A stretch of 64,000 bases of DNA from contig NW_026857137.1 of assembly GCF_026571515.1 (NCBI RefSeq), forward strand, positions 186,001-250,000, written 5' to 3'. This document shows, in pieces, positions 1-13,827 of the stretch; position 1 is the first letter of the stretch, and every line of letters begins with the position of its first letter. Position numbers and translations under genes: made by a program. The notes beneath the pieces were generated by a model, which was not told the origin of the DNA, made no database searches, and saw only the letters and a list, made by a program, of their open reading frames with translations. The stretch comes from Ruditapes philippinarum (Eukaryota).

Positions 1-3000
1 TGAATATTGAAAGAAGTGTTAAAATGGTATTGCATTTAATGGATTAATTCCTGGTGAGTATCACAATGAGCGGAAATATTTGTTGTGAACAGATTGCATT
101 TAGAATATATGTGTGATTTGTGTATTTACATGATATTAAATTGTTTCTATATTAAAATGTAAAACAAAAAAGTCTTGAGATTTCTGACTAAGTAAATGAT
201 TTTATGTGGAAAACATACTAACGGACCAAGTAACAATGGTCACATGACATATACTTTAGGCAAAAGGTCTATAATTGGAAAGTTAAGTATTTGTTTTATA
301 AATGCAAAGAGGGAAACCTGATTCGCCATGTTAATAAAAACATTTCTCTCCGCTAGTTTAAATTTTCGTTTTTTTTGTTTTTGTTTTTTTTTGTTAGCGG
401 CCTTCTACCTTAAAAGTTTTGATATTAAATATGTTGGCTTATCATGGTTTAAGAAGTCGATACCATTGGTTCAAACGTTTTTAAATCCCTATTAAGAAAC
501 AAGTATTTTAAAGGTTTAAAGGACCCATGATTTCAAAAATAATGATGTGAATAATTTACTGAATCTCATAATCTATCCATATGTATTGCTACTTTATATT
601 TCGAAAATCTCCCGGCATTTTATTGCAAGGAAAGCTGTTCTAGAATACAAGAATAGGTCTATTCATAATTACAAATGTTTACAAACATAAAGATTTCTTG
701 TTGTTCCGTTGATTATTTTTACGGCAATAATATGTGATTATAGACAGAAAACTAAGGCACACTGGAGTAAATTTAAGGATTCAAAATTCATATACTAATG
801 TACACGCAGTCGTTCCATTTACTGCCTTAAATTATCATTAAAAGTGAAGGATAAAGCTTTAGAATAAATCGGAACCTTGAAGAAATTTTGTATAATGAAA
901 TATAAGATAAACACCCTTTTCTGGGACACATGTATCTCCACCGACTACATTTAAAAAATTGTTTCAGTTGAAAAAGTATCTCTACAAAAACTACGAAAAA
1001 AATGATTTCAATTAATGAACGCTAACCAGATGTGTTCATTAAATTTTGCGTCTATAAATATATTTTAACAAAGAAACATAAATTCCTAATTTGCTAAGTC
1101 TGAAGTCTTTTTCATGTGATTTAAATCGTTAGAAAAAACAGACATAGTGATAAAAAATGTACAAAATTAGATATTTCTCAGCCTACACTAGTTATACAAC
1201 AGACGATTTAGTTAAGAAGTTTTTGATTAGTTTCTCTTCACAGCAAAGTCGAGTCTGTTTGTTCTATGCCTGATTAATCATCATTTACACATTTTATATT
1301 GTTTTATTTATACCAATACAATTTGATGTTATGCAATAGCGCAATGTTTCATAAAATATATAATGTATTTTTACTTTTAAAAACAACTTTGACTTGTAAA
1401 TTATACACAAATTATCAGTAAAATCTATTAAATACACTATCATTGTCATTTATGTATAGGTTAGTGTTTATTAGTAAACATTAACGAAATTAAATCGGTC
1501 AACCAAATTTAACAATTTTAGTGTTTGAAATTATTTTTATACACGACTAATTGCGATTTACCAACGTAAATGTGTTACAATTCATGTGAAATACTGCAAT
1601 CCTATTGGACAAAAAATAATTTTAAACACTAAACACAGATTATAGATAATAATTATGATAGGTTGCCGTATGTGGCTAGTTTATTTTATGTAAAGGTATC
1701 GTCTGAAATGATGTAAGGTGCGAAACATGAAATACCTTTAAAATGACTTCGTGTTTTTGATCCTATATGGAAATAAAGAAGCAATTATGATGACCTTCTT
1801 ACGAGTCCTATTTATTTAGTTTTCGCTGATTTGCCATGATGGCGGGAAAGTATGGAACCACGCGGAAATGAGACTTTATCGTGTTTTCTCGCTTTCGACA
1901 TTTTGTCCTGCCACACGGCGAAAACACGACAATGCCATTAATGTGGTTTCAACTAGCTATGCATATTCTATTGTCTGTATATCATTTTCCATCACACAGA
2001 TAATGGTACCAAGACTGTTCTTTCTTTCGTCATGAGTAGGCACATGATCTGGAATGACAGGGAGATTTCTTGTACAGATAACTAAATGACATTCTATTGT
2101 TCTGGATAGCGGATATCAGTTAATTTCGGTTATTTTTGTGTCTAAACTGTACGTTTATTTGAGATAGGTATTGATCTACAAAGAACGAAAGTAATAGAAA
2201 AATATCAGATGTCCGAACAAACTTTGCTAATTGACAAAATGTTTGGCTTAAAAGGAATTCGTTACAATAAGCATGCATTAAGTACGACATAAATATTCAA
2301 TTGAATCTTTAAGTATATTCAGTAAATAGCAAGTAGTATCAAATATCTTGCTTTATTAATTTTATTAAAATCAAGAAATTTTCAAACAGAGTTAGAATGT
2401 AAAGTGTATTTCCACGTGATTTATGTTACTTTTGTGTGTTGTCCGTTTAATGTGTTTCTTATACATCAATTCTATCCAATTTTGATAAATAAATACTCTA
2501 TAAATACACCGACTTGAATGGTTATGTACAAAAAGAAAATAGGAAGGATTGCGTGATAGGAGCTTACAGAAAAGATAACTAAAGATATATTTACTGGAAA
2601 TATGTAGGTGATTACAATTAAACACACAGGTTTTTTTTAAAGAAATAAAACATGAAATGTAAAATGATGTAGTGACCACGCCTCATTGTCCAAAATAGCA
2701 TCTTGAGAAACAATTAATTATTTAAATTGAGTTGTTTTATATGAAATAATAATGTGCCAAAGCTGTGAAAGTCGAAACTCTGACAAAGCGAGATGTACTG
2801 AAAGATACTCGGTGAATTGTATCCAATGTGTACATGAACAGTTGTACCAAACAAATGTTCAATACCAATGGAAGTAAAACATTATCCGATCGAACATTAT
2901 AAAAACAATGTTGTTTCCCTTTCATTACCTCAATAGTTTATATTTTACCAGTCCCGTCTCCACTAGAAGTCTCTGCCAGCAGCTGTTATTGTTCAAGAAA

Positions 3001-5231
3001 GCCTACACTTTGAGATTTATTTGTAAAAGCTTTTACAATGAACATAGTCTCATGAACTCTTTGATACAGATATATTTATTCAGTCCATTGAACAACTCCT
3101 CAAAGTAAGTTTTGCAATTAAGAAAACAAACTGACACCTTCTGAAAACACCATCTGTTTCTACTCGATATTACGAGATGTAGCATTCTGCACTAAAATTG
3201 TTTGCCGACTAACTGGCTCGAATGCATCCGAATATAAAATGTGTTTCCATAACTGCTGCAATTAAGAAAAAATATAATTAACTCGGAACACAAAATACGC
3301 CTGGTTGTGGTATCATAAAACATATGAAATTCATTATAGAATAGTTTTAACTTTTTCAAAATAATTAGCACTAAATTTCACCAATGGGGAAAATATAGTA
3401 AAAGTCAGGTTAAATTGACGTGCATCATATTTTAACATAAAAATAACAAATGTGATTGCAGTCTAATACTTCCGACACCAGCCTGACGTCTTTAATAACT
3501 GTGCTATAATTCCTGGCATTTACTGAACGATAATACATAAATGCTGTTTTCATATATTGATTGATAACGTTAATCGAACGGTTTCATCCTTTCATCTTTT
3601 GATAATTTGTCAATTAATTGCCCGTTCTTGTCAGACTGTGGTGATTTATTTGTGCGAATTTTCACTTTCACCAGCGGTTTATTCCCTCTTTGATACCAAT
3701 ATATTTGTTCAGGCCATTTTAACAAGACGTATAAACAAACAAACTTACACAGTGTGCAAACATCTGTTTTCACTCGTTATTATTCGAAACATAATAGTTC
3801 CGCACTTAAATTATTGTCTCTCAAATAGGTACGAATATTTCAGATATATCCGTAATGGCTTTCTTCTTCAGGTAAGCATTCCAGCGTTCGCATCTTTCTT
3901 CAACAACCTGAGATTGTCTATGTAATATTCAAATATGCTATAGGTATTAAATAAGAACATACGCTTTTGTTTTATTTACTTTTTTGTTGTTGTTTTTTTA
4001 TCGGGGGAGGGGGCTATTTTCTTAAATGCCACTTGCATTTATTTTGCAAGTATGATATCGATCTGCTGTGTTAAAAAGTTAAAGTAAAAGAAATATTGCA
4101 TACTGTAAAATTTTAATTTGTAAATTATTTTTGATGTCATATATTTCTGTAGGCGATTAACCCAACACTGCACTGACTTCGAAACCCCCAAAAAAATCTT
4201 TTTTTAAACAAGTCTACGTACTGTGAAGTATCAATTCGTTTGTGAATCAATAAAACAAATGAGGAGTTTGTAAACACTGTAAACGTGCGATACACGAGGT
4301 TAGTGGGACTTAAAAGCAAAAAAAATAAAATATGTTTGTTGTGAAATAATATCAAAGACTTATTAAAAAGAATTTGTGTTTAATGCTCATTCATTTATTT
4401 TAAATATAATTATTTTCCTTTTTTCTGTAACAAAATAAATTTTGATATGAAATCATCCTATTAGATACCAGATTTTCTTCCTCTATTCTTTTTGTTCAGA
4501 CTTATTTTAGAAATAATCACACATTATATTACTATTCATTTATACACGGAAAAAAACTTATAGAATATTTCTCCGTGTTACCACAGTTCCCCTTTAACAA
4601 CGTGTTGCCTCTCATACATTATGATAACTTCGTTTCTTTTTCGTAACAGCTGTGAATATATGTTTTATGTATTGAATATATCTTTCTCTTAAGCATTTTC
4701 AATATATCTGTGTTTACTTTAAATACATTTGAAATGCTAGTTCATTGATTTAATTAACTCGATAATGCTTATGGATCTTATGTTCAGTTCATTCAAGAAA
4801 AAAAGATCGTTTGTATCTATTAGTGATTCCTTCACAGAAAAATAATGGTAAAGCAGCATATTTCATCGTCAGTTCATGTTTTATATGCGCCGTTCTGTTT
4901 TCTACATTTGTTATTGAAATAAGTTGAAGTTATGGAATCAGGGATTACTTTTCGTGAAATGTCAGTAAATCATGTGAGATGTGTTCATTGACAAGATATT
5001 GACTGGCAATGATATCGGAAAGTTTAACAGTTGTAATCACATAGCAGTTAATAAGATCTATAATAATATTCGTCAGATCCGATGAAAATTTCGGATTTGC
5101 ATACAGTCAGGATGCTCTGATGTCAGGTTTTACCATCCGATAGACATTGAATTCGTTTTGAAATATTCCCGAGTGCTGTGTTTGACAGTGTGAAAAAATA
5201 ATCAAAGGTCTGTTTATTAGATAGGAGAAAC

Positions 5232-5333
5232 ATGTTAGGTGGTTGGATGTTGATGTGTGTGTTTGTCGGAGTCACAGGGGTACATATACATTTGATATCA
5301 AATGAACAACGTTTACATCATTATATAATGCAG
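5232..5333 (+). CDS. Locus A nAChR alpha subunit, exon 1 (signal peptide and start of N-terminal helix)
   Basis: ATG 5232, MLGGWMLMCVFVGVTGVHIHLISNEQRLHHYIMQ (hydrophobic leader plus NEQRL motif), donor CAG|GTGAGT, phase 0 matches exon 2; not in the ORF track. Confidence 0.8.
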
Positions 5334-6649
5334 GTGAGTACATACATCTATTATTTAGGATGATAATGTTTTAGTATATGTACATGTATGTGTAGCTTAT
5401 ATATGTGATCAGTGTATAACTGTTTTTTGTTTGTCAGTTATACCATTTTAAACAGATATATTATAAAACAGATAAAATATCATCTACGTGCAACATAAAT
5501 TCGCTAGATATGAAGCATAAATACCTGTATGTAACCGGCAAATTATGTACTTATAATGGATTTCGTCATACATGTATAATTATATATCCGACGAAGAATG
5601 CGTGTAGTCATTAGTCACGTTGTTACCTATGATAATACATGACATAAGTTTTCATAAAACATACCAACAGACGGTGCATGAGTAAAACAACGTCATATAT
5701 CTGAAAATCATAGATTTCATGCATATCGTTATGTTAATACCGAATTTTATGACTCATATCTGCAAGCTGTCTTTTTTATTGCTCCAGGAATATAAGCTAT
5801 AATATAGACGGACATAAACTCATTTTATATTCATCATATTGCACATGTCATTGCTTATAAACAATGCTTTGTGCCAGCTCATGAAAATGGGGAAGAGTCC
5901 TTATGGATCAAAATATTTTTTTGCCACATAATTGTACAATTTTACCTACGAAAACCATGCATACAAAAGAAAAGCGCGACAAATTTGATACATTTTTCAA
6001 ATGCAAGCATTTTCTCTGTTCTTTCTTTTCAGAACTAATTTACTTAAACATTATTGTGCTGACAATTAATTGATAAATTTGTTTTCAACCAATGCATTTT
6101 CAACATCGTAAATTTTCAGTATAGAAGTCTTTAATCTTATAGTTAAAATAAAATAAAAAAAATCATATTTTCTAAAATATTTGCTTTTAAGTAAAGATTT
6201 TACTTGCATTCAATTACCTCTATGATTTGATGGTAACAGGTCTATAAGGATGGATTTAGTCATAATTCATATAATAAAAACTGAATGCACTGTAAAATTA
6301 TAATGATAAGTTTATAACATATAACAATATTTTAGTGTAATAAAAATAATAATGTGATTGAAATTCATTCTGATATACAAAATATGTTTTCTTTTCTACA
6401 ATTGCCACAGAAATATTTTGAAAACGGACTTTGCTTAATTGACGTTAAACATTATATTATTGTTATTATACTATTTTTTTTTAAAAAAGACACGGTACAT
6501 CGTTTTCTACCTATTTTTCTCAACTGCTTTTTTTCTCTCATCAACTTAAGAAAATAAAAATAAACATTAAACATTAAAAGAAAGAAATAATAAAGATGTT
6601 ATCTTCTTTATATTTGTTTTTATTACTATTGTTGATTTTTTTTTCCCAG

Positions 6650-6796
6650 GATAAACGATACAATAAACTCATCCGGGCACCTGGGGTCATTAAGGTCGTT
6701 AATACAACAGCAGAAGACAATTCAACGAGTGGAAATACAACAGTAAATACTCTTACAGTGAAACTCGGAATCAGTCTGTCCCAAATTCTACTAGTT
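6650..6796 (+). CDS. Locus A exon 2
   Basis: ttttcccag acceptor; DKRYNKLIRAPG...TLTVKLGISLSQILLV; donor GTAAGT. Confidence 0.9.
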
Positions 6797-8513
6797 GTAA
6801 GTTTTATTAGAATTCTAATGTTCCTCAATTTATGAAGATATAATCTTAATCATCCAGACGCTTTTTGTCTATTTGTGTTCAAGGTAACGTGCTGCACCTT
6901 CAAATAATGCTTTGTCTTCAAATAACATTAAAGTAATCATTAAGTGATTTTTAAGAACCAAAATAGATTATTAACCTAAAGTGGTTTTATGCTTAAAGTA
7001 ATTGATTATTATATTTCTATTTTGATACAATTCTATATATATTCTTAATCTTTACAACAAGCGAAATGATACATAGTCAGAACCGTCTTTGCCTTTATTG
7101 ACCAATTTCTCTTAAATAAATTAGTAACTCTAGAATAGTATGCATCTGATCGGTCAACTTAATGCTAGACTATTAATGTGTCAGGTTTTATATTCAATGT
7201 CTTTGTTCAGTTGTGGTACTTCACACAAATTTGACTGTCAAAGGTTTGACTGTAAAGGTCGTAGCAGAAAAAATAATGAAGATTCTACGTGCCTTATTAA
7301 TGTTTCTACTTTAGGAAATGAACATCAATCTAAGTTTCAAGAAATATTTCAGCTTTGATTAGCATTGATCAAGATATAAAGGAAGGTTAAGTTTAATGAG
7401 ATACAGTAATGCTTTGTTGAAACGTCTCATCTCGTGCGTACGAGACTTGTCACAATGTAAGGAGTGTCTCCTAGTTTCATTGATGCTTTCTATAGCTGAA
7501 TTATTTTGACAATAGGGTTTTATCTAAGTTATCATTTTTTTATGTAAATACTATGTACTTTCTGCATATATGTCTGTATTTGTCATATACATTAATATGT
7601 GAAGTTGTATGCTTGATGCCAAGACTAAAAAAACTAGTTCTGTTCATTCGTTTCATTTATGAACATTTTAAAAGTTTCCATCCCAATCAAAAAGATATAT
7701 TAGCTTTAAATTTCCTTAAACCAGTTTAGCTTTATCTTAACAAATAAATTTAATTCTATTCGGTTTAATACTTAACATGTTTTCCTTTTGTCATATAATT
7801 TTGTAAAAGATTATATCTGATAGACTTTTATAAAAAATTATATTCCCAGTATAAATGCCTGATTTTTAATATCTCTGTTTTTTCTTTTATTGATCTTTAC
7901 TAGAAGGGACAATTTAAACAACAGCATCCCGTGAAAACCGTTAAATGTATTTAATCTGCTACCAGAAACCATATTCTATTGATCGATGTGTTTCTACACC
8001 ACTAGACAATGACATTAAACATCAGTCATTTTAACCCATGTTAGAGAACCAGATTGGCGCATTTGACCTATTGTAAAATATGATTAATTCATACAATGAT
8101 GTTAAAGGTGACGCCATTGATATTCATTAGTTGATATGTGTTCTTAAAAAAGCTGAACTGTGAGATTAGTGGTTGGCCATTTAGAAGACATGGGGTTTTC
8201 AATAATTGGTTATTATTTTTAGAATGTCTTAAAGAATTAGAACGGGTTCATTATAATGTTCAACTAAAGACGCCATTTGTGGTACAATATTATCAGCAGT
8301 TTCAACTGAAACGAATCATTTGAATGAATATGATGTTTTATATTTAGTTACTGTGTCTATCTGTTTTAAAAACTTAATAAACGATACAAGACATTGCACC
8401 AATTAATCAAAATATTAAATAAATACAGCAGCATGTTTTTATACTTAAACTGACAATTCCAAACATTTTTGTTTTAAAAAAAAATGACTCATAAGTATTA
8501 CGCTAAGGCATAA

Positions 8514-8728
8514 ATGAGCCGCGTCATGACAAAACCAACATAATGGGTTGCGACCAGCATGGACCAGACCAGCCTGCCCTTCCGCGCAGTCTGATCAGGA
8601 TCCATGCTGTTTGCTATCAGTTTCTCTACTTGTTAAAGAGTTGGTTAGCGAACAGCATGGATCCTGATCAGACTGCGCGGATGCTGGTCGCAAACCCATT
8701 ATGTTGGTTTTGTCATGGCGCGGCTCAA
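8514..8728. mobile_element. Fold-back MITE-like element, family 1, copy 1 (right arm has an internal deletion)
   Basis: TGAGCCGCGTCATGACAAAACCAAC...GTTGGTTTTGTCATGGCGCGGCTCA; long inverted arms; 3 copies in the window. Confidence 0.85.
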
Positions 8729-9605
8729 ATAATGTTGCATATATTCTCGTGATACTTTTGTAAGGTACAGAAATATACATCTATATTTATTCTTTAGTTA
8801 CTGCTAGTATATACGTAATAACACGGTATCCATTAGAAAACAAAATACTTTTTTTCGTAAATACAAATCCCACGTAACATAACAAGTGTAAACATTTCTT
8901 ACATACATGTAGATGTTATCATAAATTTGAAGCATACAAAACTTGGCAAAAGGCCTACAGGCACAGTATTCCTGGCAATCACATTTGTAGCGGGAAAAAA
9001 AATGTTACGCATTAGTAGATTTAGCATTAACATTTTGCTGATGTTCATATTTCACTTATCTTGGCATATTCACCTGAAGATTTTACAGCTAGATACGAAG
9101 CACGGAGGTTTGCGCCCACGTTCTTGCATGATTCAAGTTTTCGTAAACACGTGCAGAATTTATAAACATACGCTTCATTTAAATGTTTATTTACTTTTCA
9201 TTTTTATGACCACATGTTGGCTATTAAAGTAAAAAAACTGAATTACATGTGTGACTATTAAATCGAAAAACGAACAAGCTGAATGTTGCGCGAGATCTAA
9301 TGAATATAATTTTATTTCATTTATGGAGTTATCACAAGCTGGTGATATTTATGTATTTATATTGTTGTTTTCTAGTAAGTTGTTTTAATAAAAATTGCAT
9401 ATTAAAGAAAAATATTCTTGCATACTAGAGAGGATAATCTGCTGTTAACACCTATCATACACCCCAACCCCACCTGCTTTGCTGTAAATGACGTAATTCA
9501 GCGCACCTTTTGAATGAATTACATCATTTATATGTGTCGTAAATTCATATGCTTCTTTGAGAAAAATATGTAAATGAAAATATTATTTTATGTTATTTCT
9601 TTCAA

Positions 9606-9987
9606 GTAATAGAAAAAGCATCGAAACACGAGGCTATCTGATTTGTACGAGGGGGCGTAGCCCCTGAGTATTAATCAGATTGCCGAGTGTTTTGATGCTC
9701 TTTCTCTTTTTTCATAGTCAAACATAAAAACACGTTCCCTGTTGTCACAATATGAAACCCCGGGAAAAAGTGACCAATGAACGAGCATCTGAATATGATA
9801 TTTCTGTCGCTTTCCCTTTCTCTTCCGTCACAATAAGTAAACCCCAGCAAAAATGAGCCAATCAATGGGCATGCTCTGGAGTACGGGTAACTAATACATG
9901 CACTCCACTTAACGCACTGTGCATGTATATGTATACGATTTAACTCTGACACATTTTCAACATACAGGTACCCAAACCATGATATAA
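9606..9987 (-). repeat. Dispersed ~380-bp repeat, family 2, copy 1
   Basis: Reverse-complement homolog of 48391-48773; the ORF track shows the same pseudo-peptide (ELNRIHIHAQC...) in both. Confidence 0.85.
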
Positions 9988-10167
9988 AAGTATAATATGC
10001 AAACAAATGTAATCAAATACCGGCTGTTGTCAAAGACGGGGATATCTAACTCGGTCGTTACTATTTACGGAGGAAACGAGGCTCTGTGTGTTGTATTATA
10101 TAACCAAGTCGCTTGTATTATATAACCACGTCACTAATTGCTAATGTTTTATTTTTTTTTTTTTCAG

Positions 10168-10212
10168 TCCGAGAAGAATCAGATAGTAACCACAAACATT
10201 TGGCTTAGACAT
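10168..10212 (+). CDS. Locus A exon 3 (45-nt loop D exon)
   Basis: poly-T cag acceptor; SEKNQIVTTNIWLRH; GTAAGT donor; canonical 45-nt nAChR exon. Confidence 0.9.
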
Positions 10213-10839
10213 GTAAGTTGATCCTGGACAATGTTTTAATGAGAAAACGTCATTTTATACATATCATTTTCCATTTGTTATTGTTTGTTTATTTATAAAA
10301 TGACCGTTTTCGATATCAAGAGAAAATATAATATGTCGTATACTAGTGATCATAATAATTATGTGATTTATTGCGAGATAATTCAAAAGATATAAGATGG
10401 CAATGTTTAGGATTCATACACACAACAACACGGTCAGTCGTTTGCTTCGCCTTAATACATGGGACTCGAACTCGGCTAAATACGTACATGGGACTCGAGC
10501 TCAGAGCAGCTATTATCTTTTTGTGCAAGCAGCTCTACCAATCCGGTCATTTTTGAAGTGGTTCCTTTTACAGTATTTAAAATAATTTTACCACACGAGC
10601 ATGCTAATGCACCAGAACTCCCACTTTGAATAAGATTCGAACTCACGAACACCGAATTTCAAACAAGTTAAGCCACTGAGTCAATACATCTATTTCCTGG
10701 TGAAGTTGACAGAGGTTATATTTATAGAAATCAAAGGACTCGTCATGTCATGATTACATAACTCATTAACACACATATATATAATAGTTTGTTTAAAAAT
10801 TTAAACATTTTTACGAGTAAAAGTAAATTTGTTTTTCAG

Positions 10840-10949
10840 GAATGGAGAGATTCCAGATTAAAATGGGACCCTGATAATTTTGGCGGTCTTAATTATACAC
10901 ATTTTCCTTCTGACGACTTATGGAGACCGGACATCATTCTCTATAACAA
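10840..10949 (+). CDS. Locus A exon 4 (110-nt loop A exon)
   Basis: EWRDSRLKWDPDNFGGLNYTHFPSDDLWRPDIILYN; AA|GTATGT, phase 2. Confidence 0.93.
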
Positions 10950-11434
10950 GTATGTTGTTCTTAGATTAATACTCACAAATACACAATGCAGTAGTTACTT
11001 AATCTCTTAAGAAATTAAGATATGCATTTCTTTGATCAAAATTAGGAAATGAATTAAATTTCGACTTTCAAAACTTTAACTTGTGTACTATCTTAGTAAG
11101 CAAATGAACAAAATGGAAAATAATTTACTGTCTGACTTTCAAACTGTATAAGTATGCAGAACAATACAGAATGATTGCTTGTTTTAAAAACTTCTACTTT
11201 TTCATATTGTTCCTACAGGCCTTAAAATGATTAATACTAATAATCACGTGTTACATTCTGTGAACAAACGTTGCAACCATGGTAATAGTTGTGAATTGTT
11301 TATTACTGTACATACATGTAAATAACAAGCAGTTGATGAAATAAATTTAGATTTTATAGTCTGTTATTAGTGATTTACATCTTAAAATTGTTTTATATCT
11401 CAGTTATTTCAATATCAACTCTCTAACCTTTTAG

Positions 11435-11615
11435 TGCGGACGGAGACTTCAACGTAACGTTGTTAACCAAGGCGACCGTATTCAGTAACGGTCGTGTTGT
11501 ATGGGAACCTCCAGCTATTTACAAAAGTTACTGTCCAATTAATGTAGAGTTCTTCCCATTCGACCAGCAAGAATGTTTTATGAAGTTCAGCTCATGGACA
11601 CATGATGGACATTCA
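11435..11615 (+). CDS. Locus A exon 5 (Cys-loop, loop B)
   Basis: [13 protein letters not shown]...[38 protein letters not shown]; ttttag acceptor, GTAAGT donor. Confidence 0.93.
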
Positions 11616-12120
11616 GTAAGTATAGTTTCACTCTATTTCAGACAGACTTGCTTTCAAATGTAAAATTGTGTTTGATCTAAAATAGTTTATGAAATCGAAA
11701 TTGACATAATATATTAAAATATGTATCTAATAAATACTCTCATTTAGTTATTCTAGAATATGATAAAATTTAATGTGATTTTTAGATACTGCATTGTTAG
11801 TGAAACTTATTTTTCTAGAAAAAAAGAGAACAATTAATCTTAAATGAATACTTGTCTATTTCATTACCATATGACACTTTGCCTGTTATTTGACTACTAC
11901 GAGAGAATAATAAATCTACGGACCACAATCTATATATAATCATTTATAAGTCGAGACAATTGTTTTGTCTTCATTTTGATTTAAATTCTCTTTCATTTTC
12001 TGTCGATTTGCAAGAGCATCAATTATTATCATTGTTGCTATCATATATTGACCTTAAATAATAGTTTACAAATTATTTGGGTTGCTGTTTTATTCTGATA
12101 TATATATCTATATATTTTAG

Positions 12121-12912
12121 ATTGATCTACGGCACATCAAAGAGGATACAGGTATTCACATTGAAACGTTTACAATATATCCTAATGGAATAGATTTATG
12201 TGAATATAACCAAAATGTTGAATGGGACATTATCAACGTAACAGCAAAACGGAAGGAGAAATTCTACCCCTGTTGCCCAGGAAGTCCATATCCGGATATC
12301 ACATTTAATATAACAATACGCCGAAAGACTTTATTCTACACAATCAATTTAATAATGCCAATAATTGCTATATCGACACTTACAGTACTTGTGTTTTATT
12401 TACCAAGTGACTCTGGTGAAAAAATCACTCTATCCATATCTATTCTGCTTGCATTGACTGTGTTCTTCTTGCTTTTATCAGACATAAACCCGCCGACATC
12501 CATTGTTATACCACTAATAGGAAAATATCTACTTTTTACGATGATAGTGGTCACTATGTCTATATTCTTGACAGTTTATACATTAAGCGTTCACTTCCGG
12601 TCACAGGCGACACATAACATGTCACCGTGGATAAAGCGCGTATTTACAGAAATTCTCCCGAAAATACTTTGTATGAAGCGGCCTGTACAAGAGAAACGAC
12701 CGCCAAAAGAACCTTTAGAAGTAACAACAAATCTTCTTGACGACGAGGTTAACGATGAGATGACACAACAACCGAATTATGCTAATTTACGACGGCGAAT
12801 GGCGCCGGCATATAAACAAGTCTTAGTTGGTTATCCGGAAGAAATCAGAGCGTCATTAAAAGGTGTCACATACATAGCAGAACATCTGAAGTCGGAAGAC
12901 CTTGATAAATCG
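12121..12912 (+). CDS. Locus A exon 6 (loop F, loop C with vicinal CC, M1-M3, cytoplasmic loop)
   Basis: IDLRH...EWDII...[15 protein letters not shown]...RRKTLFYT; M2 [21 protein letters not shown]; donor TCG|GTAAAA. Confidence 0.93.
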
Positions 12913-13081
12913 GTAAAATTGAGTATAAAATTTTCAATTTTCAATACCTTCTCCGTGTAAAACACTATTATTACGATAATAGGACCCATACATGTATATG
13001 TAACTGTATTTTGAGTAAACGGATGACCGCTATAACGCCAGTCATTTTGATATGCAACACTTATACAAAGAAATAAATCAG

Positions 13082-13298
13082 TATGATGGCTGATTTCTGC
13101 CGTTTCATGTCGTCATGTCTTCGCCCCTGAAGTTTGTATAATCAAAATATCGTTTTTTTGCCTGAAATGTAACGTGTCTATGTTTTGGCGCTTCCAAATG
13201 TCGAAGACGAAGACACGATTAGTGACCATAGTATCGTTTCTTCGGCTTTTGAGGGGCGAAGACACGAAATTACGAAATGGTAGAAATCAACAACCATA
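13082..13298. mobile_element. Small MITE-like element in the last intron of locus A
   Basis: Imperfect inverted ends TATGATGGCTGATTTCTGCCGTTTC...TCTTCGCCCCT / AGGGGCGAAGA...GAAATGGTAGAAATCAACAACCATA. Confidence 0.6.
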
Positions 13299-13659
13299 AA
13301 TTTGTACATGTATTCCTTCCTTGCCGGTAAAGTCACTATGTTGCGAATTAGATCAAGGAATTATTGCATTCATACAACAGTTCCATATATGTATTACAAT
13401 GTGCATTCACATATAATGTTGTTGGGGAGCAAAATTTATGTTTCTTATAATATAGCTATTGTACGGTTTAGTAGTAACTTGCTGGTTTTATTACCAACAA
13501 ATAATATTTTCTCCTTTTTTATTGCATTATTAATCTAATAACTACAATGTATAAATCTGAGACTGATAGAAACTCTTGTCTTTCTGAATTTTGGTGACAA
13601 ACAAAAATCAGCTCAGTCAGATAAAATATATATTAATGTTAAATTTGATTACGTTTCAG

Positions 13660-13827
13660 ATTGAAAGAGACTGGAATTACGTTGCCATGGTTATGGATAG
13701 ACTGTTTCTGTTTATTTTTACAACGGCATGTATATGTGGTACAATCGGGATATTTCTGAATGCACCGTCAATACATGATCCCAGGATGCCGATGTCTAAA
13801 GATGACTTCAACTGTTCCAAGCGTTAA
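13660..13827 (+). CDS. Locus A exon 7 (M4 and C-terminus)
   Basis: [20 protein letters not shown]...FNCSKR-stop; exon lengths sum to 1545 nt = 514 aa + stop. Confidence 0.92.
   Translation: MERDWNYVAMVMDRLFLFIFTTACICGTIGIFLNAPSIHDPRMPMSKDDFNCSKR

Noticed and set aside
1-5200. Short ORFs upstream of locus A
   Set aside because: Low-complexity AT-rich frames without recognisable motifs or consistent splice structure.
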